A stretch of 64,000 nucleotides of DNA from Deltaproteobacteria bacterium (GTDB taxonomy: Bacteria > Desulfobacterota > DSM-4660 > Desulfatiglandales > HGW-15). Position 1 is the stretch's first letter, and every line of letters begins with the position of its first letter. Below the pieces are notes generated by a model, which saw only the letters and a list, made by a program, of their open reading frames with translations, was not told where the DNA came from and made no database searches. The position numbers were made by a program, and so were the translations under genes. The stretch lies in contig JAFDEF010000033.1 in the NCBI GenBank assembly GCA_019310485.1, positions 17,174 through 81,173 on the forward strand, written 5' to 3'. Of the stretch, positions 1 to 9,147 are shown piece by piece.

Positions 1-333
1 GTAGGCGTGTTCCCCTAAGATAAGAAAGGGATCCCGCATAAAAGGTCTTGCATCATAACTTGTATCTGACGCATAGTAGAGTCCACCGGCTGCCACATAC
101 GCCTTCCCATCCTTAATATAGCTTCTACGAAGAACAATACATTCAGCCAGATCTCTCTTCTGCCCATATTGGTTACGTAAAGTCCTATTCACCAGCCCTC
201 CCAGTTCCGGCATATAGGTGGCATCTCTCCAGGGATCCAATCCTCTGGGATTGTCTTCCCCTGCTGAGAGTGAAGAGAAACTCATTAGACAGAAAGCAAT
301 GAAACCGATGATGAAAATTTTTCTTCTGAACAT
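1..333 (-). CDS. hypothetical exported protein, N-terminal part only (gene continues past the window start)
   Basis: The minus-strand frame is open from ATG at 331-333 (alternative in-frame ATG at 345) to position 1. My translation, MFRRKIFIIGFIAFCLMSFSSLSAGEDNPRGLDPWRDATYMPELGG..., has a signal-peptide-like N-terminus. It is absent from the ORF track because no stop lies in the window. No family recognised. Confidence 0.5.
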   Translation of the reverse strand, partial: MFRRKIFIIGFIAFCLMSFSSLSAGEDNPRGLDPWRDATYMPELGGLVNRTLRNQYGQKRDLAECIVLRRSYIKDGKAYVAAGGLYYASDTSYDARPFMRDPFLILGEHAY

Positions 334-529
334 CTCGTAGCACATCTTAGGGTAATATTTTTGAAAAAACACATTCACCTCCTGCATACAGAACAAGGAG
401 CTTCCTCTTATCATGGACGCTCACGCACACCTCTCTTCTCGCTCAAGTTTCAGTATATCCTTTGCTCGCGTCTTTTTGACTGCATCCGGATCTCTAGCTG
501 ATTCTATTGAATTCCTGTCCCGCAAGTCG

Positions 530-563
530 AAAAAGGTGAAGCGTGAACAATTCACCCTTCACC
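530..563 (-). terminator. Rho-independent terminator downstream of the ComEA-like gene
   Basis: On the minus strand, GGTGAAGGGTGAA-TTG-TTCACGCTTCACC (13-bp stem, 1 mismatch) is followed directly by TTTTT. It lies 18 nt after the stop at 581-583. Confidence 0.65.
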
Positions 564-580
564 CGCTGTAATCTTGAAGT

Positions 581-967
581 TTAGCACTTTGAAGGGCTGA
601 GCAGCGGCTCCTCTTCCTCCTCTTCGTCCTCTTCGCTTCCTTTGCCCGGAACGCAGTAAATTTCACCTTCGGGACTTACCTGGGGATTAAGTTTTTTATA
701 GATGTCCTTTGTGATGCCAGGCACCTTCAGAAGGTCTTGCGGCTTTTTGAAAAAACCAACCTTTTGCCTGTATTCCACAATGGCTTTGGCAAGTTCCTCT
801 GTCATCCCCGGGATCTTTAACAATTGTTTTTCCGTTGCTATGTTCAAGGGGATCTTCTTAATGCCAAGCCCCCCTTCATGCTGCGCCGCTGCGGACCCGG
901 GGAAGGCCATAAGCATTCCCCAAAGCAACAGGGGAACTAATATGATCAAAGTTTTTATTCTTTTCAT
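581..967 (-). CDS. comEA: ComEA-like helix-hairpin-helix DNA-binding protein, exported
   Basis: 128-aa ORF with a signal-like N-terminus (MKRIKTLIILVPLLLWGMLMAFPGSAAA). It has two HhH-like segments (EKQLLKIPGMTEELAKAIVEYR and PQDLLKVPGITKDIYKKL) and a poly-Glu tail. GGAGG lies about 9 nt upstream of the ATG. Confidence 0.7.
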   Translation of the reverse strand: MKRIKTLIILVPLLLWGMLMAFPGSAAAQHEGGLGIKKIPLNIATEKQLLKIPGMTEELAKAIVEYRQKVGFFKKPQDLLKVPGITKDIYKKLNPQVSPEGEIYCVPGKGSEEDEEEEEEPLLSPSKC

Positions 968-1031
968 TCTGATTGACCTCCTTTACGCTAATTACTTCCT
1001 ATAAATCTCGGGCACCTTCCCATTCTCTAAG

Positions 1032-2411
1032 TTAAGGACTAGCCATAAGATCCTTAAGTCTCAGGGTGTGGTTCTCAGGGGGAATAACAGGTTTTTCCAC
1101 AGGCTTTTCCAACTGCGGAACATAATCGTAGGGTACCCTGTAAGCACGATATACTAAGTTGAAATTTTCACTCTTGTTGTAATAGGGACTCATGTACTCC
1201 CAAACCGTCTTATAGTCCGGGGTCACCTCGAAAATCCGCCCGACTGACCCTTCCGTGATCAAGGTGTTCCCATTGGGAAGCCGCTGGGCTGAGCTCACAT
1301 AGTCCGAATAAAACTTATACTTATCTCTGTTTCCAGCCTTTTGGGCGGTATATTCCCAAACCACCTTTAGTGTCACGGGGTTGATTTCTATAACCCTGGA
1401 ATAATCCCTTTTATCTACGTTTACACCATAGGGGGCAGTCGAACTGGGGACGCCATACCCGCCGTATCCGCCATTATCAAAAATGAGAATGTTTCCTTCA
1501 CCAGGCAGCCCCTTTGGGATCATGTGGGCATGGTGCTGGCCGATGATTTGTCCAAGTTTCCGAAGGCGCCTGGTCCTCGTATAATCGGGGCCTAGGTGCC
1601 ATACAATCTTCCCCGTCTTCCTGTCGATGATTCCCATGGTATTAGTCTGGCGGCCGCTATAGATGATGTTTTCTGGGTTAAAGCGCTCATCGCCAGAGTC
1701 ATACCATTTGTTCGGTCCAAGCCAGGACGCACTGTTGATATGGATCCAGTCGCCACCTACCACTCCCGGTGTACGCGTCATGGTATAGTTCGGATATCTG
1801 TACATCACAATCCTGGCAAGCCGGCTAAATCCCATTTCCCTGACGTGGTCGCTCGCCAGCCATTCAAATAAGATCTTGCCACTATAATCCACTTCAAGGA
1901 TTACATCGTCGTAGAGGGGCTTGTCGCTAATCCTCTTATTCTTGACTATCTTATGGGAGACAAACAAAGTTCTTCCTTTGTCTACGTAAGGGTCCATTCC
2001 TGGGACGTAATATCCAACCGGATTTCCCTCTCTCTGGAAATCGTGGTGGACTCCCGCCCTTTTCCAGGTCCACACAATGTTACCGTGCCAGTCTACAACA
2101 GAGAGATCATTCGACTCCTCATCGCCCAGCAACCTTCCCCGTTTACCAGTAGCTCCCATGGCATAGCCCCCAGGGAGAAGCTTTGCAGGGTGTTCTTCAT
2201 TACACAGATTTTTCCAGTGATGGACAACATTGCCGTTCATGTCGATCAAAACAGTCTGGTAACCTTCGGCCGTAAATATTGTGAATCCATTAAAGCATTT
2301 TTTAGGCTTATAGATCGTTGTGCCATGGGGAAAAACCGACGGAAACGCAAAAATCGTGGACGGCACCAGGACCAGTAAAATTAATGCCGAAAGACCGATT
2401 AATTTTTTCAT
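1032..2411 (-). CDS. arylsulfotransferase (ASST)-like beta-propeller protein, exported (paralog 1)
   Basis: The ORF track gives 1032..2489. I prefer the ATG at 2411 (MKKLIGLSALILLVLVPSTIFA signal peptide, GGAGG upstream). ASST-family-like motifs are present (VHHDFQ, WIHINS, IFDNGGYG, AQRLPNGNTLITEG...FEVTP...VWEY). It shares clear similarity with the ORF at 3035..4357. Confidence 0.55.
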   Translation of the reverse strand: MKKLIGLSALILLVLVPSTIFAFPSVFPHGTTIYKPKKCFNGFTIFTAEGYQTVLIDMNGNVVHHWKNLCNEEHPAKLLPGGYAMGATGKRGRLLGDEESNDLSVVDWHGNIVWTWKRAGVHHDFQREGNPVGYYVPGMDPYVDKGRTLFVSHKIVKNKRISDKPLYDDVILEVDYSGKILFEWLASDHVREMGFSRLARIVMYRYPNYTMTRTPGVVGGDWIHINSASWLGPNKWYDSGDERFNPENIIYSGRQTNTMGIIDRKTGKIVWHLGPDYTRTRRLRKLGQIIGQHHAHMIPKGLPGEGNILIFDNGGYGGYGVPSSTAPYGVNVDKRDYSRVIEINPVTLKVVWEYTAQKAGNRDKYKFYSDYVSSAQRLPNGNTLITEGSVGRIFEVTPDYKTVWEYMSPYYNKSENFNLVYRAYRVPYDYVPQLEKPVEKPVIPPENHTLRLKDLMASP

Positions 2412-2495
2412 TTTGAGCCTCCTCTTTGTACACTTAAATACAGGAGTTTTGCATCCCGCAAATATTCGCTGCTTTTGTTGCGTTACCAAGAATTC

Positions 2496-3002
2496 TTAAT
2501 AGGCGGGCAGACCGCCTTCTTCCCTCTCAAGATCAAACCAGTCGGCAAACATGTCAAACCACTCATCCTTCGAAGCCTTCCTTGCTTCTTCCGCAGCTTT
2601 GAAATTTGAGCCCGCAATAACAATAACCGTCTGTCCTCGTGTCCATACATCTGATTTTACATACATCTTTCCATACCCTTCCTGGCTTATCCACCGGATT
2701 TCATTTTTCGTGAGCACCTTTTCTAACAGGTCTTTTATGCCCCGGGGTTCATTTATACCGCCAATAATCACAATGTAATTCTCCTTCTCATGACCCGCAA
2801 ATTCCTGTGGAGTGAAAACCCTTAGTGGAACTTCTTTGGATTTCAAGAACGTGAACCAGTGCTGGGAGGCTTGCTGGGTTGTCTTGGTTGCCACAACAAT
2901 AAGGTCACTTGCCATTGCACTGGACGTAAAGACAATACAAATAATGGCTGCAAGTAACAAAACAATAAACCTCTGATTTCCGTTTATTTTTATTGTTTTC
3001 AT
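2496..3002 (-). CDS. hypothetical exported protein between the two ASST-like genes
   Basis: ORF 2496..3011 starts at a GTG. The ATG at 3002 has AAGGAGGG 8 nt upstream. It has a hydrophobic signal/anchor (FIVLLLAAIICIVFTSSAMA). No family recognised. Confidence 0.55.
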   Translation of the reverse strand: MKTIKINGNQRFIVLLLAAIICIVFTSSAMASDLIVVATKTTQQASQHWFTFLKSKEVPLRVFTPQEFAGHEKENYIVIIGGINEPRGIKDLLEKVLTKNEIRWISQEGYGKMYVKSDVWTRGQTVIVIAGSNFKAAEEARKASKDEWFDMFADWFDLEREEGGLPAY

Positions 3003-3034
3003 TTTCTTCACCCTCCTTTTTTGAAAAAAGTTTT

Positions 3035-4357
3035 CTACTTCATTCCTTTTGCCGGTATTCTTAAATCCGAATTACTGGGCGGAATAACAGCAGGCCCCTT
3101 TGCCGGCGGCAAGTTTTTGAACTGGGGACAAAAGTCCGGCCCGTAACGGTGGGCCCTGAAGACCATCCCGCCCGTAAAAGTCTGGCCGTCACGAGGATTG
3201 ATGTATTCCCATACAGTCTCCTTTGCCGGTGTTACCTCAAAAAACCTGCCGTTAGCTCCTGCGCAGATGAGGGTATTGCCATTCGGCAAACGCTCGGCGC
3301 CGCTTATGAAGCTTGAAAAATGCCTTCGTGTAATTTTGGGCCCGGGGCCCCTACTGGAGGCTGATTCCCAGACTACCTTACCTGTCTTGGGATCTACCTC
3401 TACTGCCCTCGATGTATCCACGTACATACCATTGTCATAACACAAAAAGTGGCCGGCGCCCGGAAGGCCCGGGGCTATTTCATTACAATCATGCGGGCCG
3501 CCCATTGTCTTATTCTTGGTGCCTAGCTGCATGGGACCCGTCCTCCTGAATTCAAGAGCCCCGGTCTTTTTGTCCAGGTATGCAACATTTCCCCATCTCC
3601 AGATAATATTCTTTGTCTTTTTGTCAATGACCATCATGGAATCCAGGTGCCGGAAATCGGTCAAGATATTGCCGTTTTCCATAACATCTATGTTATTACA
3701 ATGATCCCATTCGCTCCTGGGGTGGATCGGGCCAATGATGTCTATATCCGTATCAAAGTGCTTGTAGGCGTGCCATTCCCACACGGTCTTACCCTGCGGT
3801 GTAACCTCCCTGAAATAGGTGCTGAACATGCTGCCGTCTTTGAACTCGGTGCCCTTCTGGCCGCCCCTGACTTTCTTCTGGATATCCTTGGGCACTTTTT
3901 CCCAGGCGACGTAAATATAGTCGCCATTCGGCAACTTGTCGAAGTCATGGTTGGAATTCAGGTCCTTATACTGGAACACGATGTTTCCGTCCCAGTCCAG
4001 TTCAAACAGATATCCGGCTTCACCGCCCATGTGATACTTACCGACTCCGGGCCTGCCCGGTGCAGCCTCCTTCGTTACGCCGAGCATAAGGTAATGCCCG
4101 TTCGGCAGAAGCACCCCGTGATCCCCTGGAGGAAACGGCAGTTTCCATGTGTGAACCACATTTCCGTTCATGTCTATCAAGAAGGCCTTAGCATCCGTGT
4201 CATAAGGTTTTAATGCCTTTCCCTTTGCATCATTGGGGGCGTAAAGGGTGTAGCCATTGAATGCCTTGTCCGGCTTATACAGGGTTGTGCCTGTCGGAAA
4301 CACGGCAGGCCATGCATAAACCGAGACGGCTACCGCCATCACCATTAAGAATGCCAT
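3035..4357 (-). CDS. arylsulfotransferase (ASST)-like beta-propeller protein (paralog 2)
   Basis: 440-aa ORF with the same motif set as paralog 1 (SNHDFD, WDHCNNID, CYDNGMY, AERLPNGNTLICAG...FEVTP...VWEY). It has a short hydrophobic N-terminus, MAFLMVMAVAVSVYA. The start codon lies inside a 19-bp tandem duplication. Confidence 0.55.
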   Translation of the reverse strand: MAFLMVMAVAVSVYAWPAVFPTGTTLYKPDKAFNGYTLYAPNDAKGKALKPYDTDAKAFLIDMNGNVVHTWKLPFPPGDHGVLLPNGHYLMLGVTKEAAPGRPGVGKYHMGGEAGYLFELDWDGNIVFQYKDLNSNHDFDKLPNGDYIYVAWEKVPKDIQKKVRGGQKGTEFKDGSMFSTYFREVTPQGKTVWEWHAYKHFDTDIDIIGPIHPRSEWDHCNNIDVMENGNILTDFRHLDSMMVIDKKTKNIIWRWGNVAYLDKKTGALEFRRTGPMQLGTKNKTMGGPHDCNEIAPGLPGAGHFLCYDNGMYVDTSRAVEVDPKTGKVVWESASSRGPGPKITRRHFSSFISGAERLPNGNTLICAGANGRFFEVTPAKETVWEYINPRDGQTFTGGMVFRAHRYGPDFCPQFKNLPPAKGPAVIPPSNSDLRIPAKGMK

Positions 4358-4383
4358 ACTCGAATAAGAATGCCATACTCGAA
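4346..4383. repeat. perfect 2 x 19-bp tandem duplication spanning the start codon of ASST-like paralog 2
   Basis: The plus strand reads taagaatgccatactcgaa at 4346-4364 and again at 4365-4383. Each copy carries a minus-strand ATG (4357 and 4376). The unit is 19 bp, not a multiple of 3, so the upstream ATG is out of frame. Confidence 0.95.
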
Positions 4384-4647
4384 AATAATGCTTTTCTTAT
4401 TCTTCCCTCCTTTTTCGCAAATCCTAACAATTAAAGGTTGTTAATATTTCGCGATTCGAATGATTTTTTCTGTCCGAGCCTCACCTCCCTTCTCGCGAAA
4501 CACAGCCTTGTTACCCATGATTTTTCCCCGGAAAGGGAGGGCATCCAGAGCAGCAAGAAAACACCACCAAACTTGAGCAATTCTGGTATCAAAACCGCAA
4601 AAGCCTTACTACATTTGAATTATCATTCTGCCTGCACAGTTTAGTAA

Positions 4648-4663
4648 AGCGAAAAGCATGCCA
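4648..4663 (-). promoter_or_regulatory. candidate sigma-54 (-24/-12) promoter facing the ASST-like operon
   Basis: The minus strand reads TGGCATGCTTTTCGCT against the consensus TGGCACG-N4-TTGCW. The GG and GC dinucleotides are in place with correct spacing. It lies about 290 nt upstream of the ATG at 4357, adjacent to a sigma-54-dependent response regulator gene. Confidence 0.45.
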
Positions 4664-4806
4664 GGAAGGAGGGGTTATCGAAGATTGATGAAGTACCTGA
4701 ATTAAAAGGAATTCTCTTTGGCATCGATTGATGCGGAAAATTCAGCCGGAAAATATTGGGAAGAGAGCTTTACAGTTGTGCGAATAGCTTCACAGTATAT
4801 CAACAC

Positions 4807-6168
4807 TCAATCAAGATCATAAGCCGCCATCTTGTCATACAGCGCCCTCCGGCTGATTCCAAGCAGCTGAGCTGCCTTGCTGCGATTATCATTGGAGGAT
4901 TTAAGTGCCTGTAAAATAGCCCTTTTCTCAGCTTCCTCAACTACCTGTTTGAGAGGTAATGCCACTTTGTGCTCTCGGCTTGAGGCATCACGTGCTCGCA
5001 AGTTTGCACCTAAAATGCAATTCATGGTGATGACTTCATTTTCAGCAAGAAGAACTCCCCTTTCCAGAATGTTGGCCAGTTCGCGGATATTTCCCTTCCA
5101 TGGAGAATTGTGAAGCATATGTAGCACTTCAGGCCTAATATAGCTGATCTTTTTTTTGTACTTTTTGCAAAACTTTTTTAAGAAATGCTCGACGAGAAGG
5201 GGAATGTCTTCCCTTCGCTCCCGCAGAGGCGGGAGACAAAGCGGAACTACGGCAAGGCGGTAATAAAGTTCCTCTCGAAATGTGCCTTTTACCACCTCTG
5301 CTTCGAGGTCGCGGCTGGTAGCGGAAATGAAGCGCACATCAATATTAACGATTTGGTTACCACCCACCGGTTTTATCTCGCCCTCCTGAATTGCCCTTAA
5401 AAGTTTTACCTGCGTTGGGGGCCTAATTTCACATATCTCATCCAAGAACACTGTGCCACCTTGTGCTTCCTCCAAAAGCCCTCTCTTGGCACGCAAGGCA
5501 CCCGTAAAAGCGCCCCTGACATGACCAAAGAGTTCACTCTCTAAAAGCGTTTCCGTAAGCGCCCCACAATCAATAGTCAAAAAAGGTTTATTTCTTCTGG
5601 AACTGCTGTAATGAATTTTTTCAGCCAACAGAGACTTGCCGGTACCCGTTTCGCCCTGGATAAGCACAGGCGCCAGGGAGTCGGAAACTTTCTCCACCGT
5701 GCGCATTAAGTCCTGCATGCTCCTACTGGTACCAGTGAGCATCCGGGGCAACTTTTCCTCCTCGGCATGAGGGAGGCTAAACTTTTCAAACTTTCGGCGT
5801 AGCCTGCCATATTCCAGAGCCCTCTCTCCCAGGATCTCAATATCTTTGTTTCTAAAGGGTTTTGTGATATAATGAAAAGCTCCCATTTGGATAGCCTGCA
5901 CCGCACTCTCGATTGTCCCAACACCAGTAATGACGATAAATGGGGTCGTATCGTCCACCGAGCGCAGCCGTTTAAGCAGTTCAAGGCCGCTCAGATCCTC
6001 CATGGCCATATCGGATATAATAAGATCAAACATAGTCTGCTCGATACGCCTCCAGGCATCCTCCCCGCATTCAGCACTATGAACCTCATAGCCTTTTCTC
6101 TTGAAAAGACGACCTAAGACCTGAAGCATTTCTGGCTCGTCATCAACAATAAGGATCTTTTCCGGCAA
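4807..6168 (-). CDS. sigma-54-dependent Fis-family response regulator (NtrC/AtoC type)
   Basis: It has a receiver domain (ILIVDDEPE...DMAMEDLSG) and an AAA+ sigma-54 activator core (GETGTGKS Walker A, GAFTGA loop). The C-terminus is an HTH (AAQLLGISRRALYDKM). TTG start with GGAGG 7 nt upstream. Confidence 0.9.
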   Translation of the reverse strand: MPEKILIVDDEPEMLQVLGRLFKRKGYEVHSAECGEDAWRRIEQTMFDLIISDMAMEDLSGLELLKRLRSVDDTTPFIVITGVGTIESAVQAIQMGAFHYITKPFRNKDIEILGERALEYGRLRRKFEKFSLPHAEEEKLPRMLTGTSRSMQDLMRTVEKVSDSLAPVLIQGETGTGKSLLAEKIHYSSSRRNKPFLTIDCGALTETLLESELFGHVRGAFTGALRAKRGLLEEAQGGTVFLDEICEIRPPTQVKLLRAIQEGEIKPVGGNQIVNIDVRFISATSRDLEAEVVKGTFREELYYRLAVVPLCLPPLRERREDIPLLVEHFLKKFCKKYKKKISYIRPEVLHMLHNSPWKGNIRELANILERGVLLAENEVITMNCILGANLRARDASSREHKVALPLKQVVEEAEKRAILQALKSSNDNRSKAAQLLGISRRALYDKMAAYDLD

Positions 6169-6222
6169 TCTTAATCCTCCAATCTGTAAAAAGCTTGGAC
6201 AGAATTCCGAGGAAAAAGCAGA

Positions 6223-8190
6223 TCAAACTGGGAGCTCGAGAGTCATCACAGTTCCATGCCCCAATTTTGAACGAACATGCAAATCTCCATGGTGCTTCCT
6301 GGCAATGATTTTTGAAGTAAAAAGGCCGAGCCCGAACCCTTTTTTCTTTCTTGATGTAAAAAAGGGGTCGAAGATTTTTGGCAAATCATTTTCTGGAATA
6401 CCAATCCCGTCATCCTCGACTTCCAGGTTGATTTTTCTTTTTCCATCATTTTCTTGAAGAAATGCACGAACCCTCACAGTCCCCCCGTGGGGCATAGCCT
6501 GAATGGAGTTGAGCACAAGATTAACCAATAGTTGTTGGAGCAGGTTTTCATCCCCATGAAATATAAGCCCGTCACAAGGAAAGAATTTTTCAATCTTGAT
6601 CTTGTTCTGCCTTAGCTTGTGCCGCAAAAAAAGCAGGGTCTCGTCAACAAGCTGCGCAAGGTCTATCGGTGTTTTTTCACTTGGATTCGGGCGGGTAAAG
6701 GAAAGCAAGTCTTCAATGATTTTCCCAGCGCGAATAGCATTTCGCTCAATCGACTCCAGGCTCTGGCGGATGGTTTCTGTATCCAAATCGTTATGAAGTA
6801 CGTCATCCGCGTTAGATAGAATTATGCCGAGAGGATTATTGATTTCATGAGCAATTCCCGCAGCCATCTGTCCCATAATAGCCAGTCTATCCGACTGAAT
6901 CAAGTCCTCCTCCAATTTCTTTCGCTCCATCATATCACGCGAGAAGCAACATGCAAGGGGCTCTGCAGCATTCAATCCGGCAATAGTTGTAGCCATCATT
7001 TCCACATAAATCCTTTTTCCATCTTTGGACTTAAAAACAAATTCCTTATGGCGAAAACCTTTACGGAAAACAGTCTTCACAAATGAGATTACCTCATCAT
7101 ATTGCTCCGCAATTATGAGATCGGGAAGTTTTAGTGAAATGATTTCGTTTTCATTGTATCCAAGTTTCTGTAAGGCAATCCTGTTCGTGAGTTTAACAGC
7201 ACCGTCGGAAGATATAAGGTGAATCATGTCAGGTGAGGATTCTATTAAATCGCGGTATTTCTGTTCCGAGCGTTGTAAATCAATGGTGATCTGTCGAACC
7301 TTTCTCTTGAGTGTCAGGCTCCAGAAAATGGAGGCCGCTAATACAAACGCGCCAATACCTATACCACCCATGATGAATTTTACGTATTTGTTCCATGCAC
7401 TGTACTGGACGTTCTGACCTAACCACTTGCGATAGATTACATCAAAGGTTTTGTTCTCCAGGATTTTCCCGAAAGCGACGCTCAAAGAGGTCAGCAGTTC
7501 CGGGTTATTTGTGGGCACGGCCAAAGCTAACGGCACGGTCTCAATGGGCATACCCACTTCCTTGATGTTTTCCAAACCAGCCTTTTGGATAAAATAAAGG
7601 GAACAGAGCCTACAATTTGAAATGTATACCTGGGCCGTTCCACTATTGACCATAGAAAGGGCCTCTTCCTGCGAATCTGCAGTGAGAAAACTGATGTTCT
7701 CAAGGATGGGCACAAGCTTGGCAAGCCTGCGGCCCTTCTCTAGCGCAACGGTATGTCCAGGGAGGTCTTTGTAACAAGTAACTGTTAGGCATTCCCTGTT
7801 TACAAAATATTTCCTCTCTACGTAAATAGGAACTTCAATAAGATTTACACCGTGTATGCTCCCCGGCCGGATCATGATGCCGCTGATCAAATTTATTTTT
7901 CCCTTGTCCAGGGCATTCAACAAACGCGACTCGTCCATAGCATAAAACTCGACCCCTGCTCCCATATTGCCCGCCAGCAGCTTCGCCAGATCCACACTGA
8001 AACCCCGAAGGATTTCGGCCTTTTCATCAACAAAGGAAAAGGGGGGACAGTGCCGGAGAACCCCGACTTTGAGCTTTTTACTACCTACTGCCCCTGCGGG
8101 ACTCGATAGGAAAAATATGCCGGTCATTGAAATAGTTCCGATAAATGCAATAATTAGACAGATGACACGGGCGTGGATCCGTTTTTCCAT
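6223..8190 (-). CDS. sensor histidine kinase with periplasmic solute-binding (SBP_bac_3-like) domain, PAS, HisKA and HATPase_c
   Basis: 655 aa. Order of parts: N-terminal TM, SBP-like segment (KVGVLRHCPPFSFVDE...), second TM (FIMGGIGIGAFVLAASIFW), PAS-like region, H-box (AAGIAHEINNPL), and ATPase G-boxes (DDGIGIP, GFGLGL). Confidence 0.85.
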   Translation of the reverse strand: MEKRIHARVICLIIAFIGTISMTGIFFLSSPAGAVGSKKLKVGVLRHCPPFSFVDEKAEILRGFSVDLAKLLAGNMGAGVEFYAMDESRLLNALDKGKINLISGIMIRPGSIHGVNLIEVPIYVERKYFVNRECLTVTCYKDLPGHTVALEKGRRLAKLVPILENISFLTADSQEEALSMVNSGTAQVYISNCRLCSLYFIQKAGLENIKEVGMPIETVPLALAVPTNNPELLTSLSVAFGKILENKTFDVIYRKWLGQNVQYSAWNKYVKFIMGGIGIGAFVLAASIFWSLTLKRKVRQITIDLQRSEQKYRDLIESSPDMIHLISSDGAVKLTNRIALQKLGYNENEIISLKLPDLIIAEQYDEVISFVKTVFRKGFRHKEFVFKSKDGKRIYVEMMATTIAGLNAAEPLACCFSRDMMERKKLEEDLIQSDRLAIMGQMAAGIAHEINNPLGIILSNADDVLHNDLDTETIRQSLESIERNAIRAGKIIEDLLSFTRPNPSEKTPIDLAQLVDETLLFLRHKLRQNKIKIEKFFPCDGLIFHGDENLLQQLLVNLVLNSIQAMPHGGTVRVRAFLQENDGKRKINLEVEDDGIGIPENDLPKIFDPFFTSRKKKGFGLGLFTSKIIARKHHGDLHVRSKLGHGTVMTLELPV

Positions 8191-8394
8191 GATCTCACCT
8201 TGAACATTTTCCTGAGTTATCCTAATTATGGCAAACTGAATTTGCGTGCTTAGACATTACCAAAAATAGCATATCAATTTAATATTTTGGAAGAAAAAAA
8301 GCTTTCCAAAAGGCGACCGCTTTGCTTGCTCCTATTTTTGGAGGGCCGAGCACCAAATCCATGTTAAGAAATTCTTAAAAAGATTTGCCATTAG

Positions 8395-8841
8395 TTGGAT
8401 GCCAAACTATTCTATGACATGCATAGGGAACGGATTATAGCATTGATCTCGGCGATTCGGGACAAAGCCAACAGGTTTCTCCTCAAGCGACTAGATTCTC
8501 ACAGTATTAAAGACATTGCTCCTGCCCACGGGGGCATTTTCGTTCATCTGTTTAGAAATTCCAAACTCACCATGGGAGAAATAGTTCGACTAATTGACAG
8601 GGAAAAGTCCACAGTCACTACACTGGTGGATAAATTGGTGAGGCTCGGCTATCTTGAAAGGGAAAAGGATGTCGCGGATAATCGTGTAACAAAGGTCAGG
8701 CTAACAAAGAAAGGAAAGAAACTTGAAGCTGATTTTGGTGATATTTCAAAGCAGTTGCTCGATCGCGCTTATGCTGGTTTCACGGAAAAAGAAAAGGACG
8801 CAATCATACGCCTGTTAACACGGGTCAATAACAATTTCTAG
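8395..8841 (+). CDS. MarR-family transcriptional regulator
   Basis: 148 aa with a winged-helix pattern typical of MarR (LTMGEIVRLIDREKSTVTTLVDKLVRLGYLEREKDVADNRV). It starts at TTG 8395; an in-frame ATG at 8419 is an alternative. Confidence 0.75.
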   Translation: MDAKLFYDMHRERIIALISAIRDKANRFLLKRLDSHSIKDIAPAHGGIFVHLFRNSKLTMGEIVRLIDREKSTVTTLVDKLVRLGYLEREKDVADNRVTKVRLTKKGKKLEADFGDISKQLLDRAYAGFTEKEKDAIIRLLTRVNNNF

Positions 8842-8874
8842 GCCTTAATTCACCATCATTTAGCCTATGTTGGC

Positions 8875-9147
8875 ATGCATGCGCCGATGTTTCCGATTCC
8901 TCCCCGGATAAGAATGTTAAAATCACTAAGAGGAAAAAATTACAAATGGATCATGCCCGGGCATGTTATGCCCATGGGCCCTGAATTTTTTGATAAGGCA
9001 ATTCAGTATTACGAAACGACACTAAAAATAATTGGAGAATCGCCCGATGTGAAAACGGCGAATGAAAAGCTGATCAAGGCATATCCCCGTTATGGCGGAA
9101 CTTTTTTGCTTGATTTGTTCTTACCGGCTTTCTATAAAAATAAATGA
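8875..9147 (+). pseudogene. 90-aa ORF, possibly the C-terminal remnant of an MBL-fold hydrolase (uncertain)
   Basis: The sequence ...WIMPGHVMPMGPEFFDKAIQYYETTL... resembles the last His-ligand region and C-terminal helix of metallo-beta-lactamase-fold proteins. The N-terminal approximately 200 aa of such a fold are missing. A hairpin at 9152-9183 follows the stop. Confidence 0.3.

Noticed and set aside
3647-4213. Long ORFs from the track that lie antisense to or inside well-supported genes. Examples: 3647..4213, 14098..14784, 15059..15682, 21789..22361, 27871..28509, 29067..29579, 34527..35078, 56921..57370, 58585..59088 and 62259..62819.
   Set aside because: Each is fully embedded in the opposite strand of a gene with clear family motifs. 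They have no RBS or recognisable domains, and their compositions are Ser/Pro/Arg-rich mirror translations. Long antisense frames are expected by chance inside long, well-supported genes.
4438-4644. Small intergenic ORFs 4438..4644, 61785..61982, 12975..13268 and 9193..9555 as possible unannotated genes.
   Set aside because: They have no RBS and no recognisable motifs. They overlap predicted promoter or leader regions or other frames, and their lengths are within chance expectation for this GC content.
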